A DNA stretch of 32,000 nucleotides, from positions 690,001-722,000 of the forward strand of contig NC_005070.1 in the NCBI RefSeq assembly GCF_000195975.1, in the 5' to 3' direction. The position numbers and the translations under genes were made by a program. Positions 9,247 through 16,902 of this stretch are shown here, in pieces. This DNA comes from Parasynechococcus marenigrum WH 8102 (lineage in GTDB: Bacteria; Cyanobacteriota; Cyanobacteriia; PCC-6307; Cyanobiaceae). The notes below the pieces were generated by a model. The model did no database searches and was not told the origin of the DNA. It saw only the letters and a program-made list of their open reading frames with translations. Positions within the stretch are counted from its first letter, which is position 1, and every line of letters begins with the position of its first letter.

Positions 9247-9795
9247 TCAACTGGGCTGACCAGGTCCGTGTTCCGTGATCCAGCCAGTGAAGGGCACATC
9301 CCATGTGTCACGGGGCAAGGGTTCGGAACTGATGCAGGCGGAGGGAAGCACCACCCAGGCCGGCACGGCTGCCCAGAGCGGATCGGCCCGCAAGCGGTCG
9401 TAGTAACCACCGCCATACCCCAGCCGGATACCGCTGTGGTCGATGGCCAGCGCAGGGACGAGCAAGAGGCTGAGCTTGTCCGGGCTCAGGGCCGGTGCGT
9501 TCGTTGGAGCGGGGATGCCGCAGCCGTCGGCTTGCAAGGGCGTGTCTCCCCAGCACCGGTACTGGAGTCCACCGGAGCCGTCCGCGACCGGCAGTGCAAC
9601 AGCGTTTGGGGTGATGGCGCGGATGGGCCGTAGATCCACCTCACTGCTCAGCGGCCAATACAACCCCAGATACCCCGGCCGTAGCGGCGAGCGCTGAACC
9701 ATGGTCAGCACCTGCCGGTAGATCGCTGAACCGAGTGAGATCTGCTGCTGACGTCTCTCTCGAAAGTGGCCACGACAATCCTGTTTGGTGGTCAT
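9247..9795 (-). CDS. 5-formyltetrahydrofolate cyclo-ligase
   Basis: [13 protein letters not shown] and [25 protein letters not shown] are the family signatures. Its ATG overlaps the ruvC stop (ATGA, 9792-9795). Confidence 0.85.
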   Translation of the reverse strand: MTTKQDCRGHFRERRQQQISLGSAIYRQVLTMVQRSPLRPGYLGLYWPLSSEVDLRPIRAITPNAVALPVADGSGGLQYRCWGDTPLQADGCGIPAPTNAPALSPDKLSLLLVPALAIDHSGIRLGYGGGYYDRLRADPLWAAVPAWVVLPSACISSEPLPRDTWDVPFTGWITEHGPGQPS

Positions 9796-10256
9796 CGCTG
9801 AAACCAGCCCGTAAGGGCCACCGCCAGGGCATCGGCAGCATCATCCGGCCGCGGCGGTTCGGTCAGATCAAGCTCTCGCATCACCGCCTCTAGCACTTCA
9901 TCTTTTTCGGCATGGCCGAAACCGGCCAGCGCCAGCTTGATCTGCATCGGTGGGAACTCCACCACCGGCACCTTGAATCGGGCCAAGGTCATCATCACCA
10001 CCCCCCTGGCCTGCACCACGTTGATGGTGTTACTGGAGCGGTAGAAGAAGAATTTCTCCACGGCCGCGAGCTCCGGTCGCCAGGCACGGATCAGTTGCCG
10101 CAGGTCGCTGGCAATCTCCACCATGCGTTCACCGTCGCTGCGGCCGGGGTCGGTGCGGATGATTCCACAATCCAGCATGCGCTGATGCCCGCCGCTGGTG
10201 TCAATCACCCCGTAGCCCACCCGAGCAAGGCCCGGATCGATCCCGAGGATCCGCAT
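9792..10256 (-). CDS. ruvC: Crossover junction endodeoxyribonuclease RuvC
   Basis: [20 protein letters not shown]-terminus with the catalytic Asp. 154 aa with RuvC-like organisation throughout. Confidence 0.9.
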   Translation of the reverse strand: MRILGIDPGLARVGYGVIDTSGGHQRMLDCGIIRTDPGRSDGERMVEIASDLRQLIRAWRPELAAVEKFFFYRSSNTINVVQARGVVMMTLARFKVPVVEFPPMQIKLALAGFGHAEKDEVLEAVMRELDLTEPPRPDDAADALAVALTGWFQR

Positions 10257-10270
10257 CGATTCGGCTCTAA

Positions 10271-11359
10271 TCAGGCCACCAGGGCCAGTTCAAAGTCGGC
10301 CCGGTCGCTGCTTTCGCTGCGCTCGAACACCTTGCAGAAGACCTTCACCACCCGATCGCCGGAATCCACCTGCTCCAAAGGATCCTTACGCAGGCGGTGG
10401 CGCAGGCAGCAGGAGGCCACCCTGGCGACATCCTCTTCGCTGACCTCCGTGCGGCCCTCAAACGCGGCCAAGGCTCGAGCGGCGCGGTTGGTGACTATGT
10501 CACCCCGCAGTCCATCCACATCCAGCTCGCCGCAGACAGCGGAGATCCGCAGGCGCAGGTCGTCATCGATGCTCACCTGTCCCAGGCGCTGCTGGGCCTC
10601 CACGACCCGCTGCTGCAGGGCGTCCTGGTTGGCTTCCACCGCCGTACTGAACCCGTCGGGGTCGCTGTCGAAGGCTGTGCGTTGATCCACCACTTGGACC
10701 CGTAGTTCAGGATCACGCACCGTGCTCACCTCCACACTCATGCCGAAACGATCGAGCAGCTGCGGCCGCAGTTCGCCCTCCTCAGGGTTGCCGGAGCCGA
10801 TCAGCACGAAGCGGGCTGGATGGCGCACGGACACGCCCTCACGTTCCACCGTGTTCCAACCCGAAGCAGCGGAATCGAGCAGAACATCCACCAGATGGTC
10901 ATCCAGCAGGTTCACCTCATCCACATAAAGCAGGCCGCGGTTGGCCTTGGCCAGCAGGCCGGGCTCAAAGGCACGCACGCCCTCGCTGAGGGCCTTCTCG
11001 ATGTCAATCGTTCCGCAGAGACGATCCTCCGTGGCTCCCAGCGGCAAATCCACCATGGGCACCTGGCGTGGTTCTGTTGAGATGGAGTCGCCGCGTTCCA
11101 TCCGTTCCCGCACCTCGCTGCTCTGCAGATCGGGATCTGTGGATGAACTGTTGTAAGGGTCTCCAGCCACCACCTCGATGTCCGGCAGGAGGTCCGCCAG
11201 CGCTCGGATCGTGGTGGATTTGCCTGTGCCCCTGTCACCCATGATCATCACGCCGCCGATGCGGGGATCGATCACATTGAGCAGAAGCGCAAGCTTCATC
11301 TCTTCCTGACCGATCACAGCGGTAAACGGAAAAACCCTGCGCTTCCGGGGTGCTGTCAC
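10271..11359 (-). CDS. chlI: Magnesium chelatase ATPase subunit I
   Basis: [23 protein letters not shown], Walker [10 protein letters not shown] and Walker [21 protein letters not shown]. 362 aa. Confidence 0.95.
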   Translation of the reverse strand: MTAPRKRRVFPFTAVIGQEEMKLALLLNVIDPRIGGVMIMGDRGTGKSTTIRALADLLPDIEVVAGDPYNSSSTDPDLQSSEVRERMERGDSISTEPRQVPMVDLPLGATEDRLCGTIDIEKALSEGVRAFEPGLLAKANRGLLYVDEVNLLDDHLVDVLLDSAASGWNTVEREGVSVRHPARFVLIGSGNPEEGELRPQLLDRFGMSVEVSTVRDPELRVQVVDQRTAFDSDPDGFSTAVEANQDALQQRVVEAQQRLGQVSIDDDLRLRISAVCGELDVDGLRGDIVTNRAARALAAFEGRTEVSEEDVARVASCCLRHRLRKDPLEQVDSGDRVVKVFCKVFERSESSDRADFELALVA

Positions 11360-11378
11360 GGCCGAATCACTGTTGCGA

Positions 11379-12737
11379 TCAGGATTGTTTCACAGGCCGA
11401 ACGGTGAGCACCTGAGGCGGCGTTGCATCGGCTGGGTAGATCAGTCGAATCTGTACCTCCCGCGCTTCGCCAGGCTTGAGCGTGACTTGACCGAGGGATG
11501 GTCCCTCCTGTCCCTGGCGGAGCACCAGATGCACGGTCTGCCGTCCGTAGGGGCTGCCATCGTTGTCATCAAGGCCAGCCACCTCGACCGGCCCACGGAA
11601 CATCACGGGACCCGAAAGGCTGCTGCGGAACTGCAGGGCATCGGAGGCCTGATCGGTTTTTAAGGGGGATTCGAGGGCCAGGCTCAGGGTCTGCGCTGCT
11701 GATCCCCTGTTTTGGAGTGGCAGGGTCAGGTCGTATTCGACACCGTAGTTCCCGTGGGCGGCCCAGGCTGTTTCGGGATAAAGGGCTTGCAGCTCTGCCG
11801 TCTGCACCTGAGCTGTGCCCAAACTGCCGCGCTCAAGGCTGCTGATCGGCCAGGACACAGGCGCGTTCTGAATCGACAGGGTCTCGCTGCCGGGGTCCGT
11901 GATGCGGGCTTGCCAACGGCTGCCGATCTGCACACCGCTGACGCGGGAATAAATGATCTTTCCCTTGCTGCCGCGAGGGGTGGGGCTGTGTTCCTTGCCG
12001 CTGAGCTCACCGCTGTTGAGCAGGTCAATCCACTCCTTGTCGTCTGGGGCTTGATGGCTATCACCGTGGGCCGCCAGGGTGGCCAGGGCCACCGGCGCCG
12101 AGCTGTGCAGACGCAGTTGAAGGTTGCGGCCATTGAGCAGGGGGTCGAGCCCCTGCACCGGAATGGGCAGCTTCAGCACAACCGTTGGGGTGCCGGGCTT
12201 GAGAGTCCAGCGTCGTTGCGACAGTTCAGGGGCTTGTCGGCCCTTCAGCAAGTCTCTAGCAACCCGGCTGCCAGGACCAGCGGCCAGCACGTCGCTGGTT
12301 TCCCGCATCAGCGGTGGCAGCGGTAGAAACGGGGCTGCGGTCTGGCCCGGCTGGGTGGCCTGGGAGAGGGAGGTGCTTCCTTCGATCAGTGTGAGCGTGA
12401 CGTCCTCATCACCGATGGGTGCCATCAACAAGGCCAGCCACAAGGTGGAGTCGAGGGTGTCATCCGTGCCTGCATAGACGTGATGGCTGAACAGATCGAA
12501 GCGGCCGTTCAGGTCCACGGAGATTGAGGCATCCCCAGCGTTGGCAAAGGTGGAAAGAAGGATGCCGTCTTCTTTGATCAGTTCGGGGTTGTTGTCGTTC
12601 ACCATCAGCACGGCATCCAGTTGCCCCGGAAGCGACCGGATGCTCTGTTGCCGGCGGATGACGTCGTCGGCGGCACAAGGAGTCACGCCCGTTGAAAGGC
12701 TGGCGATCAAGGCACCAACAAGAAAGAGCGATCTCAT
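11379..12737 (-). CDS. Secreted cyanobacterial protein, DUF3370-like
   Basis: Signal peptide MRSLFLVGALIASLSTGVTPCAA. The N-terminal LPGQLDAVLMVNDNNPELIKEDGILLSTF block matches my memory of DUF3370 proteins (about 450 aa, cyanobacteria-specific). The assignment is unverified. Confidence 0.55.
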   Translation of the reverse strand: MRSLFLVGALIASLSTGVTPCAADDVIRRQQSIRSLPGQLDAVLMVNDNNPELIKEDGILLSTFANAGDASISVDLNGRFDLFSHHVYAGTDDTLDSTLWLALLMAPIGDEDVTLTLIEGSTSLSQATQPGQTAAPFLPLPPLMRETSDVLAAGPGSRVARDLLKGRQAPELSQRRWTLKPGTPTVVLKLPIPVQGLDPLLNGRNLQLRLHSSAPVALATLAAHGDSHQAPDDKEWIDLLNSGELSGKEHSPTPRGSKGKIIYSRVSGVQIGSRWQARITDPGSETLSIQNAPVSWPISSLERGSLGTAQVQTAELQALYPETAWAAHGNYGVEYDLTLPLQNRGSAAQTLSLALESPLKTDQASDALQFRSSLSGPVMFRGPVEVAGLDDNDGSPYGRQTVHLVLRQGQEGPSLGQVTLKPGEAREVQIRLIYPADATPPQVLTVRPVKQS

Positions 12738-13876
12738 GGTGTGGACTCCTGCGATGGAGAGGCGGTCCGGCGCGGCGGAGCCGGTTCTGGCTTGAGGTGG
12801 GGGGCCATGGCGGCTGCCAGGGCACGGATCAGATTGGTGGACCTTGGGTCGTTGAACGGACCCTTCACCAGAAAACCTGCAACGGCGCGCCGGCCATCGG
12901 GCAGTTCGATCAAGCCGGCATCGGCATAGGCGATGCCGATGTCGCCGGTCTTGTTGTAGACCCGGTACCCCTTGCTGGCCAGAGTGGAATCCGGTGCTCC
13001 CTGGGCACCTCCAAGCCCTTGCATCAATCCAGTGGGCAGGAGCGTGTTGGTCACGGAACTGCCCATGACCTCTCTGAACAAATCGCGGCTGCGCAGGCTC
13101 AGGGCTTCACCTGTATCAACCAGCGCAATGCTGCGGCTGAGGTCATGAGCGCTTGTCGTGTTGGTGCCATCCAGATCGGGCAGCCAGTTGTTGACTTCGG
13201 TGGCCCTTAAGCCGAGGTCATCGAATCGCTGGTTGATGGTCTGCTGACCTCCCACCCGCTCGATCAGGAGATTGGTGGCGGAATTGTCGCTGACGCGAAT
13301 CATTTCGGTCGCTGCGACGCGTGTGGGGAAACGGCTTCCGAGCGGTCGGGATGCCATCCAACCGGCGCCGCCCCCGACCAGCTCCTTGGTCAGCACAAGC
13401 GGCTCATTCCAATGCAGATCACCGGCGTCGACCTGTTGCAGCGCTGCAAGCAGGATCGGCGTTTTGATGGAGCTGGCCGCCGGCATTGGGCGATCGGCAT
13501 GCATCTGGGCGAAGCGGCCGTCGTCGAGGATCAGCATGTAGGCGCTGGTCTGAAGATCCTTCTGCGTGGCCGCGATGGTGCGCCAGCGTGCGGAGAGTTC
13601 AGGGATTTCTCGGGTCGGCTGGAAACGACCCACCACAGGCTTTAAGTTCGTCTCAGGTTTGTTTTTGTTCTGGGCAGGCGTCTCTTCCTCAACGGTCTCG
13701 GCTAGCTGGAGCAAGCTCGGCAGGTTGAGGGTTTGACGTTGCACCTGCGGGGCGAACCATCGCAGCGCTGAACCCGTCAGAACCCCTAGTCCAATCCCCA
13801 GCACCATCAGCCGCAGGAGAAGGCGAAGCGGAGTTCCCCATCCCGGAGAACGACGAGATGGACGGCTGTTGCTCAA
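12734..13876 (-). CDS. Membrane-anchored class A beta-lactamase-like serine hydrolase
   Basis: SxxK (ASSIKT), SDN (RVSDNSA) and KTG (YNKTGD) motifs occur in the correct order, preceded by one TM span (LRLLLRLMVLGIGLGVLTG). Start is placed at TTG 13876 (alternative ATG 13807). The 505-aa ORF-track version overlaps the upstream methyltransferase gene out of frame and looks like GC-rich read-through. Confidence 0.75.
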   Translation of the reverse strand: MSNSRPSRRSPGWGTPLRLLLRLMVLGIGLGVLTGSALRWFAPQVQRQTLNLPSLLQLAETVEEETPAQNKNKPETNLKPVVGRFQPTREIPELSARWRTIAATQKDLQTSAYMLILDDGRFAQMHADRPMPAASSIKTPILLAALQQVDAGDLHWNEPLVLTKELVGGGAGWMASRPLGSRFPTRVAATEMIRVSDNSATNLLIERVGGQQTINQRFDDLGLRATEVNNWLPDLDGTNTTSAHDLSRSIALVDTGEALSLRSRDLFREVMGSSVTNTLLPTGLMQGLGGAQGAPDSTLASKGYRVYNKTGDIGIAYADAGLIELPDGRRAVAGFLVKGPFNDPRSTNLIRALAAAMAPHLKPEPAPPRRTASPSQESTP

Positions 13877-13905
13877 GCGCGTCGTGGTCGGGATCTCGGG
13901 TGAGA

Positions 13906-14622
13906 TTAGGGGCGGTCGGCCCGGATGGCCCAGCGCAGTTGTCGCACCATGCCTCGGAACAATGCGACCTCCTCCGCTCTGCAGGTCGCACGTTGCAAGA
14001 GATCCCGAACCTTGCCCATGCGCGCTGCCCGGGTGTGGGGCAGGAGGAATCCGGCTTCCAGCAGCAGCTCGGCGGCATCGTCCAGCAACCCTGTCAAATC
14101 CGCGGCAGGGGCTGGTGACGGATCTTTGGCCTGGGGAGCACGGGCCTGCAGCTGATGTCGAGCCAGGTCGTGCAGCACCACGGCGACAGCGTGAGACAGA
14201 TTCAGCGAGGGGTAGGCCGCCTGGCTGTGCAGCGTCAGAACCCGCTGGCACAGTCGGAGTTCATCGTTGGTGAGGCCGCGGTCTTCTCGGCCAAACACCA
14301 GGGCATGAGGGGGATCTCCGGCCAAAAGCCAGTTGATCGCTGTGTCTGGGGTTTGCAGCGGTATGCCCCCGTGATCCAGTCGGCCACAGGTCGCAATCAC
14401 CCGACTGCAGTCGCCAATGGCAGCTTCCAGATCAGGGTGGATGGTGGCCTGCCGTAGCAGGGGGGTGGCATGGACGGCCATCCGGAGTGCATCGTCACAG
14501 AGAACCTCACAACGGGGATTCACCAGGCGCAGAGCGTCAACGCCGAAATTGGCGCAGAGCCTGGCCACACTTCCGATGTTCAGAGGCCCGGCAGGCTCGA
14601 CGAGGACAACGACGACGGTCAA
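13906..14622 (-). CDS. SpoU/TrmH-family RNA 2'-O-methyltransferase (TrmJ/LasT-like group)
   Basis: VVLVEPAGPLNIGSVARLCANFG N-terminus and the C-terminal knot motifs (ALVFGREDRGLTNDEL, SLNLSHAVAVVL). The TTG start overlaps the upstream stop (TTGA, 14619-14622). Confidence 0.85.
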   Translation of the reverse strand: MTVVVVLVEPAGPLNIGSVARLCANFGVDALRLVNPRCEVLCDDALRMAVHATPLLRQATIHPDLEAAIGDCSRVIATCGRLDHGGIPLQTPDTAINWLLAGDPPHALVFGREDRGLTNDELRLCQRVLTLHSQAAYPSLNLSHAVAVVLHDLARHQLQARAPQAKDPSPAPAADLTGLLDDAAELLLEAGFLLPHTRAARMGKVRDLLQRATCRAEEVALFRGMVRQLRWAIRADRP

Positions 14623-15008
14623 CTCAGCTTGTGCAGGTGACTGAGCAGATCAGCCATCGATGCCGGCTCCATCTGGAAACTCGGCATCGGCGGCGTGTCA
14701 CCGCTCACGATTTGATGGATCAGAGCTGGATCACGCATCCGCTCGCTGATGCCGGCCAGTTTGGGTGCCAGCAGTCCCTGCCCTGCCAGACCATGGCAGC
14801 CCGCACAGTTGATGCGGAACAGTTGGCCGCCATGGTCGGGATCTCCTTGAAGTTCAAGGCTGGCCCGGACGTAGGGATCCTGTTGTGCCCCGTTGATCAC
14901 CCAGATCAAGAGGACTGCGCAGGCTGACGCTGCCAGCACCACCAGGGCAGTGATCAATCCCCTGCCGGACTCTTGCTGTTCCGTTGCAGTTGATGTCGGC
15001 TCGATCAC
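14619..15008 (-). CDS. Membrane-anchored class I c-type cytochrome (CytM-like)
   Basis: Single haem motif CAGCHG with a distal PPMPSF Met ligand region. N-terminal TM anchor ([21 protein letters not shown]). GTG start at 15008. Confidence 0.75.
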   Translation of the reverse strand: MIEPTSTATEQQESGRGLITALVVLAASACAVLLIWVINGAQQDPYVRASLELQGDPDHGGQLFRINCAGCHGLAGQGLLAPKLAGISERMRDPALIHQIVSGDTPPMPSFQMEPASMADLLSHLHKLS

Positions 15009-15065
15009 AACTGTGGGTTGCTCATGGAAGAATTGTGCTTAATCCTGCTTCCCGGTGCGACCTCC

Positions 15066-15182
15066 ATGATCGAACCCCTGCTGTGCGGCATAGTTTTGGG
15101 TCTGATCCCCGTCACGCTTCTGGGTCTGTTCGTGGCTGCCTGGAATCAGTACCGTCGCGGCGGCAGCGCTCTGGGCGGCTGA
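15066..15182 (+). CDS. petG: Cytochrome b6-f complex subunit 5 (PetG), 38 aa
   Basis: Not in the ORF track (<60 aa). ATG 15066 to TGA 15180-15182 translates to [38 protein letters not shown], the canonical PetG sequence pattern (single TM followed by WNQYRR). Confidence 0.9.
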   Translation: MIEPLLCGIVLGLIPVTLLGLFVAAWNQYRRGGSALGG

Positions 15183-15732
15183 TCATCACCAGCGAACTGC
15201 TGCCGTAGCGACGACGATCCATCACGGTCCATTGCCCCCCCGGATCAAGTGGTTGATCGGAAGGATGTTCACAGATCAATAAACCATCAGGTCGGAGCCA
15301 TTCCTGGTTTGCCAGGAGTGAGAGTGTTTTTGAGTAAAGCCCTCCGTCATAGGGAGGATCGAAATAAATCAAATCAAACCCCTCCTGTCTCCAGTCCTGT
15401 TGAAGCCAGATCATCAGGTCGCGTTTCACGACGGTCACGTCGGCACGCCTTGAGCCTGACTGGGCAACTTCCATGAGATTGCGTTCGCAGATGCTGGCGC
15501 AGCGCGGGTCTTTTTCCACAGCGGTCACCGAACGAGCCCCGCGTTCGATTGCCTCGCAGGCCATGACGCCACTTCCACTACAGAGGTCCAGCCAGCGGCA
15601 GTCCAGCAACCGTGGACGAACAATGTTCATCACCGCTTCCCGCACGCGGGATGTTGTCGGTCTAGTTCCGCTTCCACGGGGGCTGAGCAGTCGTCGGCCA
15701 CTGATCAGGCGCAATTGACCTGCTCCCTGCAT
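15112..15732 (-). CDS. rsmD: 16S rRNA (guanine-N2)-methyltransferase RsmD
   Basis: SAM motif [14 protein letters not shown] and catalytic DLIYFDPPY. Start is set at ATG 15732, which overlaps the hisH stop as TGATG (15730-15734). The non-conserved ~22-aa C-terminal tail runs antisense into petG. Confidence 0.85.
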   Translation of the reverse strand: MQGAGQLRLISGRRLLSPRGSGTRPTTSRVREAVMNIVRPRLLDCRWLDLCSGSGVMACEAIERGARSVTAVEKDPRCASICERNLMEVAQSGSRRADVTVVKRDLMIWLQQDWRQEGFDLIYFDPPYDGGLYSKTLSLLANQEWLRPDGLLICEHPSDQPLDPGGQWTVMDRRRYGSSSLVMISRPERCRRDGTDSRQPRTDPEA

Positions 15733-16370
15733 CAACCGATCGGGGCTCCACGTTGGAGCCAATCCAGCCAACGCTTCAGCATCGCGCTACCGCTGTCTGA
15801 TGATTTTTCCGGGTGGAACTGGCAAGCGCCCAATCGGCGCTGCCACACCATTGCGGTGACGGAGGAGCTCCCAAAGGATGCTGCTGCAGCCAGTGTTTCG
15901 GGTCGCTCCGGCACAGCGGCATAACTGTGAACGAAGTAAACCCAAGCCAAAGGGTCCGCAGCCGCGAGCATTGGGTTGGCTCGCCTCAGGTCCAGAGGTG
16001 CCCATCCCATGTGCGGAATCCGGGCTCCAGCCCCGATGGGCAAACGTTCCACGTGGCCTTTGATCAGTCCGAGACCCTCAAGACGGCCCTCGGCACTGGA
16101 CTCGAACAGCAATTGGAGTCCAAGACAAATGCCGAGCAAGGGCCGGTCGGCCTCATTCCAGCGTTTCAGATCGGGGATCAGACCGGTGGATTGAAGATTG
16201 TCGATGGCTGGATCGAAGGATCCGACGCCAGGCAGAACCAAAGCATCGCAACCATCGAGATCGCTGGGGTTGACGACGCGACTGGGTTGATGACCCAGGC
16301 GGTTGAAGGCCTTCTCCACCGAGTGGAGATTGCCCATGCCGTAATCAATCAGACCGAGATGAAGCCCCAA
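15732..16370 (-). CDS. hisH: Imidazole glycerol phosphate synthase, glutamine amidotransferase subunit HisH
   Basis: GLIDYGMGNLHSV, the catalytic Cys loop GICLGLQLL, and QFHPEKS. TTG start at 16370. Confidence 0.92.
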   Translation of the reverse strand: MGLHLGLIDYGMGNLHSVEKAFNRLGHQPSRVVNPSDLDGCDALVLPGVGSFDPAIDNLQSTGLIPDLKRWNEADRPLLGICLGLQLLFESSAEGRLEGLGLIKGHVERLPIGAGARIPHMGWAPLDLRRANPMLAAADPLAWVYFVHSYAAVPERPETLAAAASFGSSSVTAMVWQRRLGACQFHPEKSSDSGSAMLKRWLDWLQRGAPIG

Positions 16371-16400
16371 TCCACTGTCCCCCCCCTGCTGATGTGGGGA

Positions 16401-16724
<324 letters not shown>

Positions 16725-16780
16725 ATGGTCGAAATGATGTGGTTGAAACTTAGCAACGTTGAACCGACTCAACAGTCCAG

Positions 16781-16794
16781 ATCGCTGCAGCGAT
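16781..16794. promoter_or_regulatory. Perfect 14-bp palindrome ATCGCTGCAGCGAT upstream of trxA
   Basis: Seen directly. It lies about 57 nt upstream of the trxA ATG, between the Yfr1 terminator and trxA, and is nested in a second inverted repeat CAGATC…GATCTG (16778-16802). Confidence 0.3.
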
Positions 16795-16822
16795 GGGATC
16801 TGTGATGGTTCTCGCAGGAAGA

Positions 16823-16884
16823 GTGAAAGCCCGAGCGCGCCGGGCCGGGGGGTGTGAGGAGTGTGTGGGCATTGCCCGCACACT
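16823..16884 (-). ncRNA. yfr1: Yfr1 small regulatory RNA (ends approximate)
   Basis: Minus strand reads GUGUGCGGG-CAAUG-CCCACACAC (hairpin). Next comes the unpaired invariant 11-mer ACUCCUCACAC (16862-16852), then GCCCG-GCGCGCU-CGGGC-UUU. A TAGTGT -10-like box lies at 16894-16889. The position between guaB and trxA matches my recollection of Yfr1 in marine picocyanobacteria. Confidence 0.75.
16826..16845 (-). terminator. Yfr1 3' hairpin / intrinsic terminator
   Basis: GCCCG (16845-16841), a 7-nt loop, CGGGC (16833-16829), then UUU (16828-16826) on the minus strand. Confidence 0.5.
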
Positions 16885-16902
16885 CTTCACACTAGCCCTC
16901 TC

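Noticed and set aside
8872-10685. 253-aa (8872-9633) and 257-aa (9912-10685) plus-strand ORFs
   Set aside because: They are antisense to the secreted-protein/5-FCL and ruvC/chlI genes, have junk-like composition, and cross gene boundaries.
13877-14251. N-terminal 125-aa extension of the beta-lactamase-like ORF (505-aa version)
   Set aside because: It overlaps the SpoU methyltransferase gene in another frame on the same strand. The translation is R/G/A/P/S-rich with no features. A TTG (13876) or ATG (13807) just before the TM anchor gives a normal protein.
16725-16883. N-terminal 53-aa extension of trxA (160-aa ORF)
   Set aside because: Thioredoxin homology begins at the ATG at 16724. The extension is a translation across the Yfr1 RNA and its terminator.
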